Positions 1-11,311 of a stretch of DNA of 64,000 nt are shown here, in pieces. Numbering within the stretch: the first letter of the stretch is position 1; each line of letters begins with the position of its first letter. The notes beneath the pieces were generated by a model. It saw only the letters and a program-made list of their open reading frames with translations. It made no database searches and was not told where the DNA came from. This stretch comes from Eledone cirrhosa. Lineage: Eukaryota. A program made the translations under genes and the position numbers. The DNA lies in the NCBI GenBank assembly GCA_964016885.1, contig OZ024740.1:191518001-191582000 (forward strand), given 5' to 3'.

Positions 1-3000
1 CAATACTTTTGATGGGGCAGGTCAAAATGCTTACACATTATCCAACGTATGTATCGTGCAGCACTGTCATGACTGTTAGGTATTCGTTTGGAGCTATAGG
101 ACTGCGCAGTGAAATTATATGATCAATGGTCTCTGGATATTTTTTTACATACACGGCATAATCGGTTGCATCCATTTTTCATTATGTTGGCTTGGTAATT
201 TTTTCTTGGCAGACACTGATCTTGTGCTGACATAATCAGTCCTTCAGTCTCCAATTTCAGTCCAGAGGATGCCAACCATTGATGGATTAAAGTTTTGTCA
301 ATATCAGGATTGTTAGCTCTTTCTGGGTATTTTTCATACAAAGGCTTTTCTTGCCATATCTTAGCCAGTTTCTGTAGCAGTTCTTTCTTTGCAGTTACTT
401 TTACCTGCTTTTCTTTTTCTGTGTTTTCCATTTCAGCAGTAAATGGGACTTCTGAAATCTATAGTCCAATATTGTATCTTTGTACATATTTTGTAATGGA
501 GTATGATCTGCTGATGCTTTTGTGTTTCAAAACATGTTTGATCATCCAATCATGTGATTCCCTTAGATATGTAGATAATCCAATTGTTGCAGTTTTCAAC
601 GCAATATCTAACTGGATTAACCCACGTCCTCCTTCTTTCCTAGGGAGATATATTCTATCTGTATCTGCCTTATGGTGATGCATTCTGTGCATGGTTAAGC
701 ATTTTCTAATCTTTGTATCGAGCCTACGGATCTTTGTGCTTGATTAATTGATGACATTGTAACTGGTATGGCAAGCGTGTTTATGGCATCGAAACTATTC
801 CTTGCATTCAATTCCGTTCTTAAGATTACTCTTACTCTGCGGTAACAGTCCTTCCTCAACCTTTCCCTCATTGTTGAGTGCTTGATTCCGTATCCTTCAC
901 AAACACCTAGATATTTGTAAGTTTCCTCTTGATCAAGTTCTCTTATCACTTTTCTCCAATCAAGATTAATGTCTGAACTTTTCAGCAGCTTTCCTCTTAA
1001 CTTTTCTTTGGCGCATTTATCTAGTCCAAACTCCATTTTGATGTCATCACTGAACTGTCCACATGGGATACTAGCCCTTGCAACTGTTCATCATTTTTTG
1101 CAAATAGTTATAGGTCATCCATGTAGACAAAGTGATTAATGGTTTTGTCATAGACTGTATGTTTTGGTTCATTGAGCATTTTACTTAATGGTATAAGTGC
1201 GATGCAGAATAAAAAGAGTCACTCTGAAAAATTCCACAATTAATATTAACTTCTCCAGCTTCCAGTGATTCCTTTTCACTATTCAAAAGGAGTGTCATTT
1301 TCCATGTCTTCATACTGAATGACAAGATCCTCCTGACAACGGGAGATATTTTGAAAATCTCTAAACATTTTTCAATCCAACAGTGTGGCAAACTATCGAA
1401 TGCTCTTTAATAATCTATCCAAGCAATTGACATATTTGTGTGTCTATTATCTTCCAGTATCATTTTGTTAACCAACAGCTGATCCTTATAGCCACATGAG
1501 CCTCGTTTATACCGTTTCTGCTCATTGGGAAATATATCATTTGTTATCAGGTGATCATATGTATATTCAGTTAGGACTGATGTTAAAATATTATACATTT
1601 TGGTCAAGCAAGTTATCGGTCTATAATTGTTGGGATTGCTTGATTCATCATTCTTCGGAAGTAGGAATGTAATGCAGTTAACTAGCCATGATGGTATAGT
1701 TTCCGGCTCCTTAACCATTTCATTGTTAAGTTGGGCTAACGGCTCATGTGACTCTGTGAAGACATGTATCCAAAGATTTGGTATGTTGTCTTTGCTCGGG
1801 ATTTCCATTTGCTGCATTTTTTAAGAGCTAAACGCAGATGTGCTACTGTTATATTTTTCAAGGTGAGCTGTATCTTCCATTTGTTTGTCTGCCCATGCGT
1901 CATGTATATTATGCACTTCTTCTCGGCCCAGATCTTTTCCCAGAATCCTTGCACTTCCTCCTTGGGTGGTATTGATTTAGCAGTTATTGTTGACTTGCCA
2001 TGTTTTCTGTAAAAGTTTCTTTGGTTGATTTTGAACATATTATTGTCCTCATAGAATCTAGATCGTTTTTCAAAGCGCCTTATACGAGCAGCTTTGGTCG
2101 ACACTTTTTGCTTGATTGTTTCTATCAGCATTTCTATGTCACTTGTTGATTTGATACTGTATTTTCTTTTCAATTGTCTAAGTTTAGTTTGTTTAACATG
2201 ATCATCTGCTTTGTAGTTTGCTAAAATGTCTATGTTAGATCAGAGAATTATTTGGCGATTGTTGTTCTCTTGCCAAGTAGATTTCTTGTGGGAATTCCTT
2301 TGTTTTTTCATCTTCACTCCACATAAGTGAGTGGTGACTTTAGCCAATGCATAATGGAGATCATTTAGATCAGTAACGTTTATTTGTGATGATAATGTTT
2401 TGTGAATTATGTTAGTCTTGAGTATTATCCTTTGGTTTTGTTTCGAGTTCTGGATTTTAGGGAGAGTCTCTAGTTCCCCCATATCAGATTCTTTCATTTT
2501 AATCCATTCGATATAATATCATTATTCAAGTCGGCGAATTCATTGTCATTCATTTCTTTATATAGACGATCCCATTGTTTTCATTTTTTGGTTTCATTTT
2601 GAGCATGCACTCCTTCCACCTTTTCGATCCTTTCTTTAATTTGTTCTGCTGACAGTGATTCCTCCCAAACCCTGGGATTTGAAGTGTTGCAATTTACCTC
2701 GTTTTCACTGACACGTGCTTCATTTTCCCTTCGTTGACGTTGCGCTAATTGCTTGATCTGATCAATTTCTATATCAGTTAGTAACTTTTTCTTAACAATA
2801 TTTCTTCGTATATTGGCTAGTTTGTTACTGTCAATATAGTATCTCTTTTCGGGATGTTTCGTTTTCCAGTTGATATATGTCTGTTATGTATTCGATATAT
2901 TTGATGGGTAGTTCATGGCTGTGTTATGCCTCAAGGACTTCTTTATTGTCTTCTCTTGACCATTTTTCTTTCTTTTTCTTTGGATTTCTTGGTGGTGAGC

Positions 3001-3405
3001 ATGGAGAGACAACAGTAGGAGTATTCCGGTTATGGGAGGTCTCCAGCTTTGGATTGATGGGAAGGTTTGAACCATTAGCTGATTTTTCGACCCCAGTCTT
3101 GTTCCTCTCCGAGGAACGCGGCCCTTTTTGACCCGGGTGATAGCCGATCAGGTATGAGATGTTATCATTTGACATTGGCTTTATTTTGTTGCGTTTTATC
3201 CTTAACCGCCAAGGGGTAATCATTTCGTGTTACCACTCCTAGGACGAGTGTCAACCAATACTAGAGGGGACCTCCTCCCCTAGAGACACTGTTATTCCCC
3301 GCCGGCCGCCATCCCGGTGTTTCTTGGTCATGGTTGTTTTGTCTTTTTAAATTTGTATTATCATGAGTGGTTCCTTAATGTGAGCCCTTCGTGGCTGAGA
3401 AAGAA
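1..3405 (-). mobile_element. Decayed R4/Dong-type non-LTR retrotransposon (RT + RLE), copy 1; 3' end runs off the window
   Basis: Broken ORF fragments: NYRPITCL..MY, CGYKDQLLVNK, AWIDY, MEFGLDKCA, YKYLGV, DRIYLPRKEGGRGL, ETEGLIMSAQDQ, CRVC. N-terminal KWSREDNKEV is typical of Dong/R4. Many stops and frameshifts. Confidence 0.93.
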
Positions 3406-3409
3406 ATTA

Positions 3410-4005
3410 TTATTAATAATGTAATATACTTTTTGTTGAAGTTGCCTCTTCATTACCATAGCCGTTAACCTTTGACCGAGTCACTATGTCAGTATATTTA
3501 TATCTTTCGTTAGCCTCTTCCTTGTCTAGTGTTTGCACCACCTTATCCTTTCTTAATGTAACAAAAGGTAGTGGAGGAATAGTGGTGGTAGCAATGATGG
3601 AGTGCTGGCAGCAGGGATGGGATAGTGTCAGTGTAGTGATGGCGTTGTCGCTACTAAATTCTGTTGACTAGACAGTAGCTAGTATGCATTTGTTTGATAT
3701 GTATATCTATGCGGTTTGTCGCCTATGTTTAATATACATATTGACATAATTCTTTAATATTTGAATTAAACATTTTGAGAAAACTTGAGATAACGTGGTT
3801 GGTAAAATAAACTACCAGTAATGTACTGGTTATTTGTGGCCTTGTGCCAAATGTAGAAAACATTATTATTATGCTGGGATAGGTGGTGGTGAAATTGCCG
3901 TTATCTGGCTGTTGTATTTAGTGTACACAGACGAGGCGGGGTTAGGTGGTGTATCTAGGCTCTGGTAGTGTAATTGTCGTTATTTGGCTGTTCTATTTAG
4001 TGTAT
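3410..4005. repeat. Non-coding flank duplicated at ~8005-8630
   Basis: Shared blocks TTTTG(T/C)TGAAGTTGCCT, TCTATGCG.TT.T, and twice-repeated GGTGGTGAAATTGCCGTTATCTGGCTGTT.TATTTAGTGTA-like motifs in both places. Confidence 0.85.
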
Positions 4006-4007
4006 TC

Positions 4008-4193
4008 TATGTCCCTCGGAAGTATCCCCCCTATTGGGGAATTTTTCTTTTTTTGTTACATCATCTGTTTTTTTACACGGAGAAATGCCGATCTGTACCG
4101 TCCTGTATTGTACTGTATTGTCCTTAATGTCTTACTTTGTGTAAACCCTTGTGGTTAATAAAGAAAGCATTATTATTATTATTATTATTATTA
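4008..4193 (+). mobile_element. 5'-truncated Tx1-family 3'UTR fragment with (ATT)n tail
   Basis: CCCCCCTATTGGGGAATTTTT...TGTACCGTCCTG...TGTAAACCCTTGTGGTTAATAAA matches 14845-15010. Confidence 0.9.
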
Positions 4194-7100
4194 CAGTTGA
4201 ATTTATCTTGCTTTATGTTCATACCAATTATCACCAAGTCACAACCTGTGACCTCAAGAGACAACAAGGTCCGCCATGTTCAAGAAAGAACATACATACT
4301 CACACATGTATATTTAGGTGTTTAGACTTGTGATGTACTTATATTGATAGAATCTTCTTTAGTATATGGGCAGTTCCCATTAGTACTATCTTTTGTATTT
4401 CTCCTATACGCGGGTTTCCTGGGATTTGCGATAAATAATCATTAGACCCCTTAGGTATCATTCCCAGAGCGCCTACAACCACTGGTATAGTTTTAGTTCT
4501 CAATTTCCACATTTTTCCAATTTCTATCTCCAGGTCCTTATACTTGCTCAATCTTTCAAATGTTTTTACAGATACATTTTGTCTATTGGAACGGACATAT
4601 CAATTAGCAGGCATACCCTCTTTTTAAAGTCCTTCAATATTATATCAGTCCTTCAATATTATATCAGGCCATTTTTTTATTATGTTTGCTTGGTAATATT
4701 TTGTTGGCAGACACTGATCTTGTGCTGATATAATCAGTCCTTCAGTCTCCGATTTCAGTCCAGAGGATGCCAACCACTGATGGGTTAAAGTCTTGTCAAC
4801 ATCAGGATTGTTAGCTCGTTCTGGGTATTTTCCATACATAGTCTTTTCTTGCCATTTCTTAGCCAGTTTCTGCAGCAGTTCTTTCTTTGCAGTTACTTTT
4901 ACCTGCTTTGCTTTTTCTGTGTTTTCCATTTCAGCAGTAAATGGGAGTTCTGGAATGTGTAGTCCATTACTGTATCTTTGTGCATCTTTTGTAATGGAGT
5001 ATGATCTTTTGATGCTTTCGTGTTTCAAAACGAGTTTGATCATCCAATCATGTGATTCCCTTAGATATGTAGATAATCCAATTGTTGCAGTTTTCAACGC
5101 AATGTCTAACTGGATTAACCCACGTCCTCCTTCTTTCCTAGGGATATATATTCTATCTGTATCTGCCTTAGGGTGATGCATTATGTGCATGGTTAAGAAT
5201 TTACGAATTTTTGTATCGAGCCTACTGATCTCTGTGCTTGACCAGTTGATGACATTGTAACTGTAGGTTACTACTGGTATGGCAAGCGTGTTTATGGCAT
5301 CGATCCTATTCCTTGCATTCAATTCCGTTCTTAAGATTGCTCTTACTGTGTGGTAACATTCCTTACTTATCGTTTCCCTCATTGTCGAGTGCTTGATTCC
5401 GTATCCTTCACAAACATCTAGATATTTGTACGTTTCCTCTTGATCAAGTTCTCTTATCACATTTCCTCGATCAAGATTAATGTCTGAACCCTTCAGCAGC
5501 TTTCCTCTGGTGAACGCTGCTTTGGCGCATTTATCTAGTCCAAACTCCATTTTAATGTCATCACTGAACTGCTCCACAGTGGATAATAGCCCTTGCAATC
5601 GTTCATCATTTTTTGCAAATAGTTTCAGGTCATCCATGTAGAACAAGTGATTAATGCTTTTGTCATAGACATTATATCCATGTTTTGTTTCATTGAGCAT
5701 TATACTTAATGGTATAAGTGCGATGCAGAATAAAAGCGGTGATAAAGAATCACCCTAAAAAATTCCACAATTATTATTAACTTCTCCAGCTTCCAGTGAT
5801 TTTGTTTCACTATTCAAAAGGAGTGTCGTTTTCCATGTCTTCATACTGAATGACAAAAACCTCCTGACAACGGGGGATATTTTGAAAATCTCTAAACATT
5901 TTTCAATGCAAATGTGTGGCAAACTATCGAATGCTTTTTTATAATCTATCCAAGCAATTGATAGATTTTTGTGTCTATTATGAAAATCTTCCAGTATCAT
6001 TTTGTTAACCAAAAGCTGATCCTTACAGTCATATGAGCCTCGTCTACACCCTTTCTGCTCAATGGGAAATAGGTCATTTGTTATCAGGTGGTCATATGTA
6101 TATTCAGTTAGGACTGATGTTAACATTTTATACATTGTGGTCAAGCAAGTTATCGGTCTGTAATTTTTGGGATTGTTTGTCTCATCATTCTTCTGAAGCA
6201 GGAATGTAATGCCGTTAACTAGCCATGATGGTATCTTTTCTGGATCCTTAACTATTTCATTGTTAAGTTGGGCTAACATCTCATGAGACTCTGTGAAGGC
6301 ATTTATCCCAAAATGTTGTATTTTGTCTTTTTCTGGGGATTTCTATTTGCTGGTTTTTCTTAGAGCCAAACGCAACTGCTCAACTGATATATTTCCCCAT
6401 ATTTGTTCCTCAAGGTGAGCTGTATCTTTCATTTGTCTGAATTTTTCTTCGGCCCAGATCTTTTCCCAGAATTCTTGCACTTCCTCCTTGGGTGGTATTG
6501 ATTTAGCAATTATTGTTGACTTACCAACTTTTCTGTAGAAGTTTCTTTGGTTGTTTCTGAACATATTATTTTCCTTATATAATCTACATCGATTTTCAAA
6601 TCGCCTTATCCGGGCAGCTTTGGCCGACACTTTTTGTTTGATTATTTCTATCAGCATGTCTATGTCACTTGTTGATTTTATACTGTACTTTCTTTTCAAT
6701 TTTCTAAGTTTAGTTTGTTTAACATGTTCACCTACTTTATAGTTTGTTAACATTTCTATGTCAGATGGGAGAAGGTTTATTTCACGATTGATGTTCTCTT
6801 GCCAAGTAGATTTCTTGTGGGTATTCTTTTGTTTTTTGATCTTCATTCCACATAAGTGAGTGGTGACTTTAGCCAATGCATAATAGAGATGATTTAAATC
6901 AGTAATGTTTAGTTTGTTTGTGATGATAATGTTTTTGAAATTATGTTAGTCTTGTGTATTATCTTTTGGTTCTGTTTGGAGTTCTGGATCTCAGGGAGGG
7001 TATCTCGTTGCCCCATGTCAGATTCTTTCATTTTCATCCATTCGATCATAATTTCATCCTTCAAGTTGACAAGTTCATTCTCATTCATTTCTTTATCATT

Positions 7101-7948
7101 TACGATCTCATTATTTTCATTTGGAGTTTCATCCTGAGCATGCACTCCCTCCACATTTTCGATCCTTTCTTTAATTTGTTCTGTTGCCAGTGATTCCGCC
7201 CCAACCCTGGGATTTGAAGTGTTACAATTTACCTCGTTTTCACTGACACATGTTTCCTTTTCCCTTCGCTGACTTTGTGCTAATAGCTTGATCTGATCAA
7301 TTTTTATATCAGTTAGTAACTTTTTTTTTACAATATTTCTTCGTACATTGGCTAGTTTGTTACTGTCAATATAGCCTCTGTTTTCGGGATGTTTCTTTTT
7401 CCAGTTGATATATGTCTGCTCTGTATTCGATGTATTTGATGGGTAGTACATGGCAGTGTAGAAAGCCTCAAGGACTTCTTTATTATCTTCCCTGACCATT
7501 TTTCTCTCTTTTTCTTTGGATTTCTTGGTGGTGAGCATTTAGAACCAACAGTAGGAGTATTCCGGTTATGGGAGGTCTCCAACTCCGAAGTGAAGGGAAT
7601 ATTTGAAACATTAACTGATTTTTCGACCCTAGTCTGGTTCCTCTCTGAGGGACGCGGCCCTTTTTTACCCGCGTGACGGCCGATCCGGTATGAGATTTTA
7701 TCATTAGACAATTACTTTATTTTGTCGCGTTTTATCCTTATCCGCCAAGGGGTAATCATTTCGTGTTACCACTTCTAGAACGAGTGTGAACCAAGACTAG
7801 AGGGGTCGTTTTTCCCTAGAGACACGGCTATTCCCCGCCGGCCGCCATCCCGGTATTTCTTGGTCAAGGGTTTTTTTTTTGCTGTTTTTTTAAATTGTTA
7901 TTATCATGAGTGGTTCCTTAACGTGAGCATTGCGTGGCTCAAGAATGG
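4194..7948 (-). mobile_element. Decayed, near full-length R4/Dong-type non-LTR retrotransposon, copy 2
   Basis: RT motifs WIDYKKAFDS, HLFYMDDLKLFAK, MEFGLDKCA. RLE tail PDIILKD...KYKDLEIEIGKMWK..TIPVVVGALG (4339-4551). 3' end abuts the (ATT)n tract at 4169-4193. Colinear with copy 1. Confidence 0.95.
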
Positions 7949-8004
7949 AATTATTAATAATTGTCCCCACTCCAGGCACAAGGCCAGCAATTACCCAGTG
8001 CATT

Positions 8005-8630
8005 ACAATAATATAATATACGTTTTGCTGAAGTTGCCTGTTATTGTTGTTGGCTATGTCGGTGGTGGTGCTGTAGCTTTTTATATTGTTGTTGGGGAAG
8101 GGGGGACCAGCAATGCCATAGTTGTTGACGTTTGGCCGGTGGCCGGGTCACTAAGTCAATCTATTGATATATTTTGCCAGCCTCTCCCTTGTCTAGTGAT
8201 ACCGCCACCTTCCCCTGTCTTAAGTTAACAGATGAATAGAGGTGGTTGCAATGAAGGAATGGTGGCGGCGGTGATGGGATAGTGGTAGCAATGATGGATG
8301 GAGTGGTGGCGGTGGTGGCGTTGTCGTTACTGAGTTTTGTTGTATAGACTAGTTTTGTTTGATATGTAGTATCTATGCGTTTGTGTTGCGTATGTTTAAT
8401 ATATGTGTTGACATATTTTTTCTTAATATTGGAATTAAACATTTTGTTAAAACGTGAGACAATAATAATAGTAATTATTATCATGATGCTGGGATTGGTG
8501 GTGGTGGTGGTGAAATTGCCGTTATCTGGCTGTTATATTTAGTGTACAGAGCGGGGAGATGGTGTAGGTGGTGTATCTAGTTTCTGGTGTTGGTGAAATT
8601 GCTGTTATTTGGCTGTTCTATATAGTGTAG
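8005..8630. repeat. Second copy of the duplicated flank next to the Dong 5' end
   Basis: Colinear similarity to 3410-4005. Confidence 0.85.
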
Positions 8631-8865
8631 ACAGAGAGGGTTTTCTTCCCTTTATAACCATTTTCTTTTTTGAATATAAAATATATAATACAAAATTGAA
8701 TATTTGAGCGATATAACAATGTATTATGGATCCGAATTTTTATGAGACTTGATTCGGTGAATTATGCATCATTTGTACTAAGAAATGTTGTTTCACAATT
8801 GATTTAAATATGTTAAAAATCAAAAACTTTCGGGAGCGATTTCATGACCTTCTACCAACACGTGC

Positions 8866-8979
8866 GTCTTCTTCCTTCTTATTCTTCTTCTTCTTCTTCT
8901 TCTTCTTCTTCTTCTTCTTCTTCTTCTTCTTTTCTTCTTCTTCTTCTTCTTCTTATTATTATTATTATTATTATTATTG
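8866..8979. repeat. (TTC)n followed by (ATT)n compound microsatellite
   Basis: Directly visible. Confidence 0.97.
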
Positions 8980-9196
8980 AATGCTATGGTTGACGGAGGC
9001 TCGGCTCTGTAAGGTATTGTAAATTTTGGTCGTTATAACAATTGTAAATTGTTTAAAATTTTAACCAACTCGTAGACAAAAACACCCTCCTCCTCGTGAG
9101 AGGGAGCTTTCTGCCCGTTATTTGGCCCTTCGGGGTTAAATAGCCGCTTATTGGGGTTGTTGTGCCCAATATTTATATTAAACAAAAAAAAACAAC

Positions 9197-11276
9197 ATGG
9201 CTACGAAAAATAATTTTCATGGGTCACTCCAACTCATTCCGTCTTCTTCTTCCTCAATCGTCACTACAGCAGAGAGAAGATTGTCTCTCTCCCTCCCTTC
9301 TCTTTCGCAAGCGACGACAGAAAAGAAAAATCTCGTGCAAAGCGTGCAATATTTCTCCACGACGACGACGACAACGACGAAAAAGGTGTGCGGGAAATAC
9401 GAAAACCCATTTCATTCGTCTGACGTCAGGAGTAATAGCAGTAGCAGCAGTAATAACAACAGCAACGTTGACAAGGAAAACAACCTTAGTAGCCGCAACA
9501 GCATCATCAGCAGCATAAACAACAACAGCATTAGCAGCAGCAACAACAACAACAACCACAGGAACAGCGGCAGTAGTCGTAGTACCTGTAGTAACAACAA
9601 GAGTAACAGCAGCTCTGACGACAACAACAACAACAAAAACAGCAGCAAAGAAAAACCTATCTCGTTTGCAGGTATCACAAAGAACCTGGAAACCATCCTC
9701 ATAAAAAATGAGGAATTACAGGAAGCGAAGAAGATGGTTACGAAAACAGGACACCGAGCAATCTGCAAGGCAGCCGAAATTTTTTTCGAAACCCAACAGC
9801 ACTGTACGGTCACGTACCGTACAGTAAGTACAAAATTCCGTAGGCTTGAAAGAGCCACAGAGGCTCAGATACAAAAGGCTTTGTGGTCTGTGTGGCAGCG
9901 GAAAACGCACATCACCCGAGGCAAGTAATATGCCACCGTAGACGTACTTTTTGCCACATCCCAGGAGGCAAAGGCTCAATACTTAGTGACCCTAAGGTGC
10001 GAGGAAATGGTGTTGGTGCCCTCCTACTGCGGGCAAAAAAATGTGAGGGTCAAACTGACCCACGCCCCATGGGATGGATCCTTCTTGGCTGGCCGCGTCT
10101 TTCCTCGTCGGAATCGAGGACAAAACAACTGTACTGCAAGTACAGAAAAAAGTAAGAGAAGATTGGGTCGGCACCTCCATTGAGATGTTAATCAAAACCA
10201 ACCAGGAGAGCATCTAAGCTATCCCGGATGTGATAGACTTCGATAACGGCACTCAACTGCCCATAAGTGTTGAGGGCAAACGCCCGAAATGCTTTCGCCG
10301 TGGTTCGAAGACTCACCTCAGGGCCTTCTGCAACAAGAAGACCCCGAGAAAGGAGAAAACCCCCCTCCTTCCGAAACCGGCTCCACGGCTACCAGCAACA
10401 GGACAAGCGGCAACCAGGAACGAAATGTCCGTGGCACCCATTCCCACGCCACGGAAATCAAAAACAGCAGCAGCAGTAGAAATATTAACAACAACAACAG
10501 CAATACCAAATGCAGCTGCAACAGAGACTCCAGTGCAAACATCACCAACAACAACACGTGAAAGAGTGGAGCTGGTACCCCTCCCCGACCTCACAGAATC
10601 AGACATGGAGTGTGAGGTGGGAGAGGGATGGCCAAAGGTCGTAAGAAGGCACAAACGCAGAAGCAGCGCATCGTCGCCTTCGAAAATGTAGGAAGGAAAT
10701 GAAAAAAGGGTAAAAGCTACTGCAAAGAGACTCACAGCAGCAACACCACCAACACCATCACCACCCACACTAGCACCACCATCACCACCGGCGACAACCC
10801 CACCGCCAACAACAACAACACCTTCAACACCACCACCACAAGCACCAAGATCGCAAACACAACAACAAAACGCACACACCCAGCAACAACGACAAGAAAA
10901 TAGCAGAACAACACCCCACCCCCAGAAAAACAAATGCACGGCAATAAATACACACAACAAGAAACTAATGACTTACATAATTGAACACACAGACATTTCA
11001 CAACACCACTACATAATACCAGCACCAATCAAAACGCCAACTAACATAAGACTGCTAAAAATAGCACAGAAACAATACACAAACATTAAAACGAAATTCC
11101 CCAACGCAGTTGGTGATTTCAGAGACCTAGGAGGGCCTCTCAATCGAAGGGCATTTTCGGACATACTCATAGAAGAGCCGACGACCAGCCGAAGGGACGA
11201 TTCAACCGTCCCTTCACCAGACGATCAAGTGAAAAGGGATGGACAAACCATCCCTCCTCTACGAAAAGTACGGTAA
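9197..11276 (+). pseudogene. Tx1 ORF1 (gag-like, zinc knuckle), disrupted
   Basis: N/S-rich N-terminus, SFAGIT motif, degenerate knuckle KCFRRGSKTHLRAFC, P/T-rich tail. Homologous to 15662-17464. Confidence 0.8.
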
Positions 11277-11311
11277 GTGGTCTTTCCGATCTTTTCCACT
11301 CTATTTTAAAC

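Noticed and set aside
9085-9115. HDV-like ribozyme suggested by CTC-CTCCTCGT-GAG in the Tx1 5'UTR
   Set aside because: No convincing P1 partner and no GG to form P1.1.
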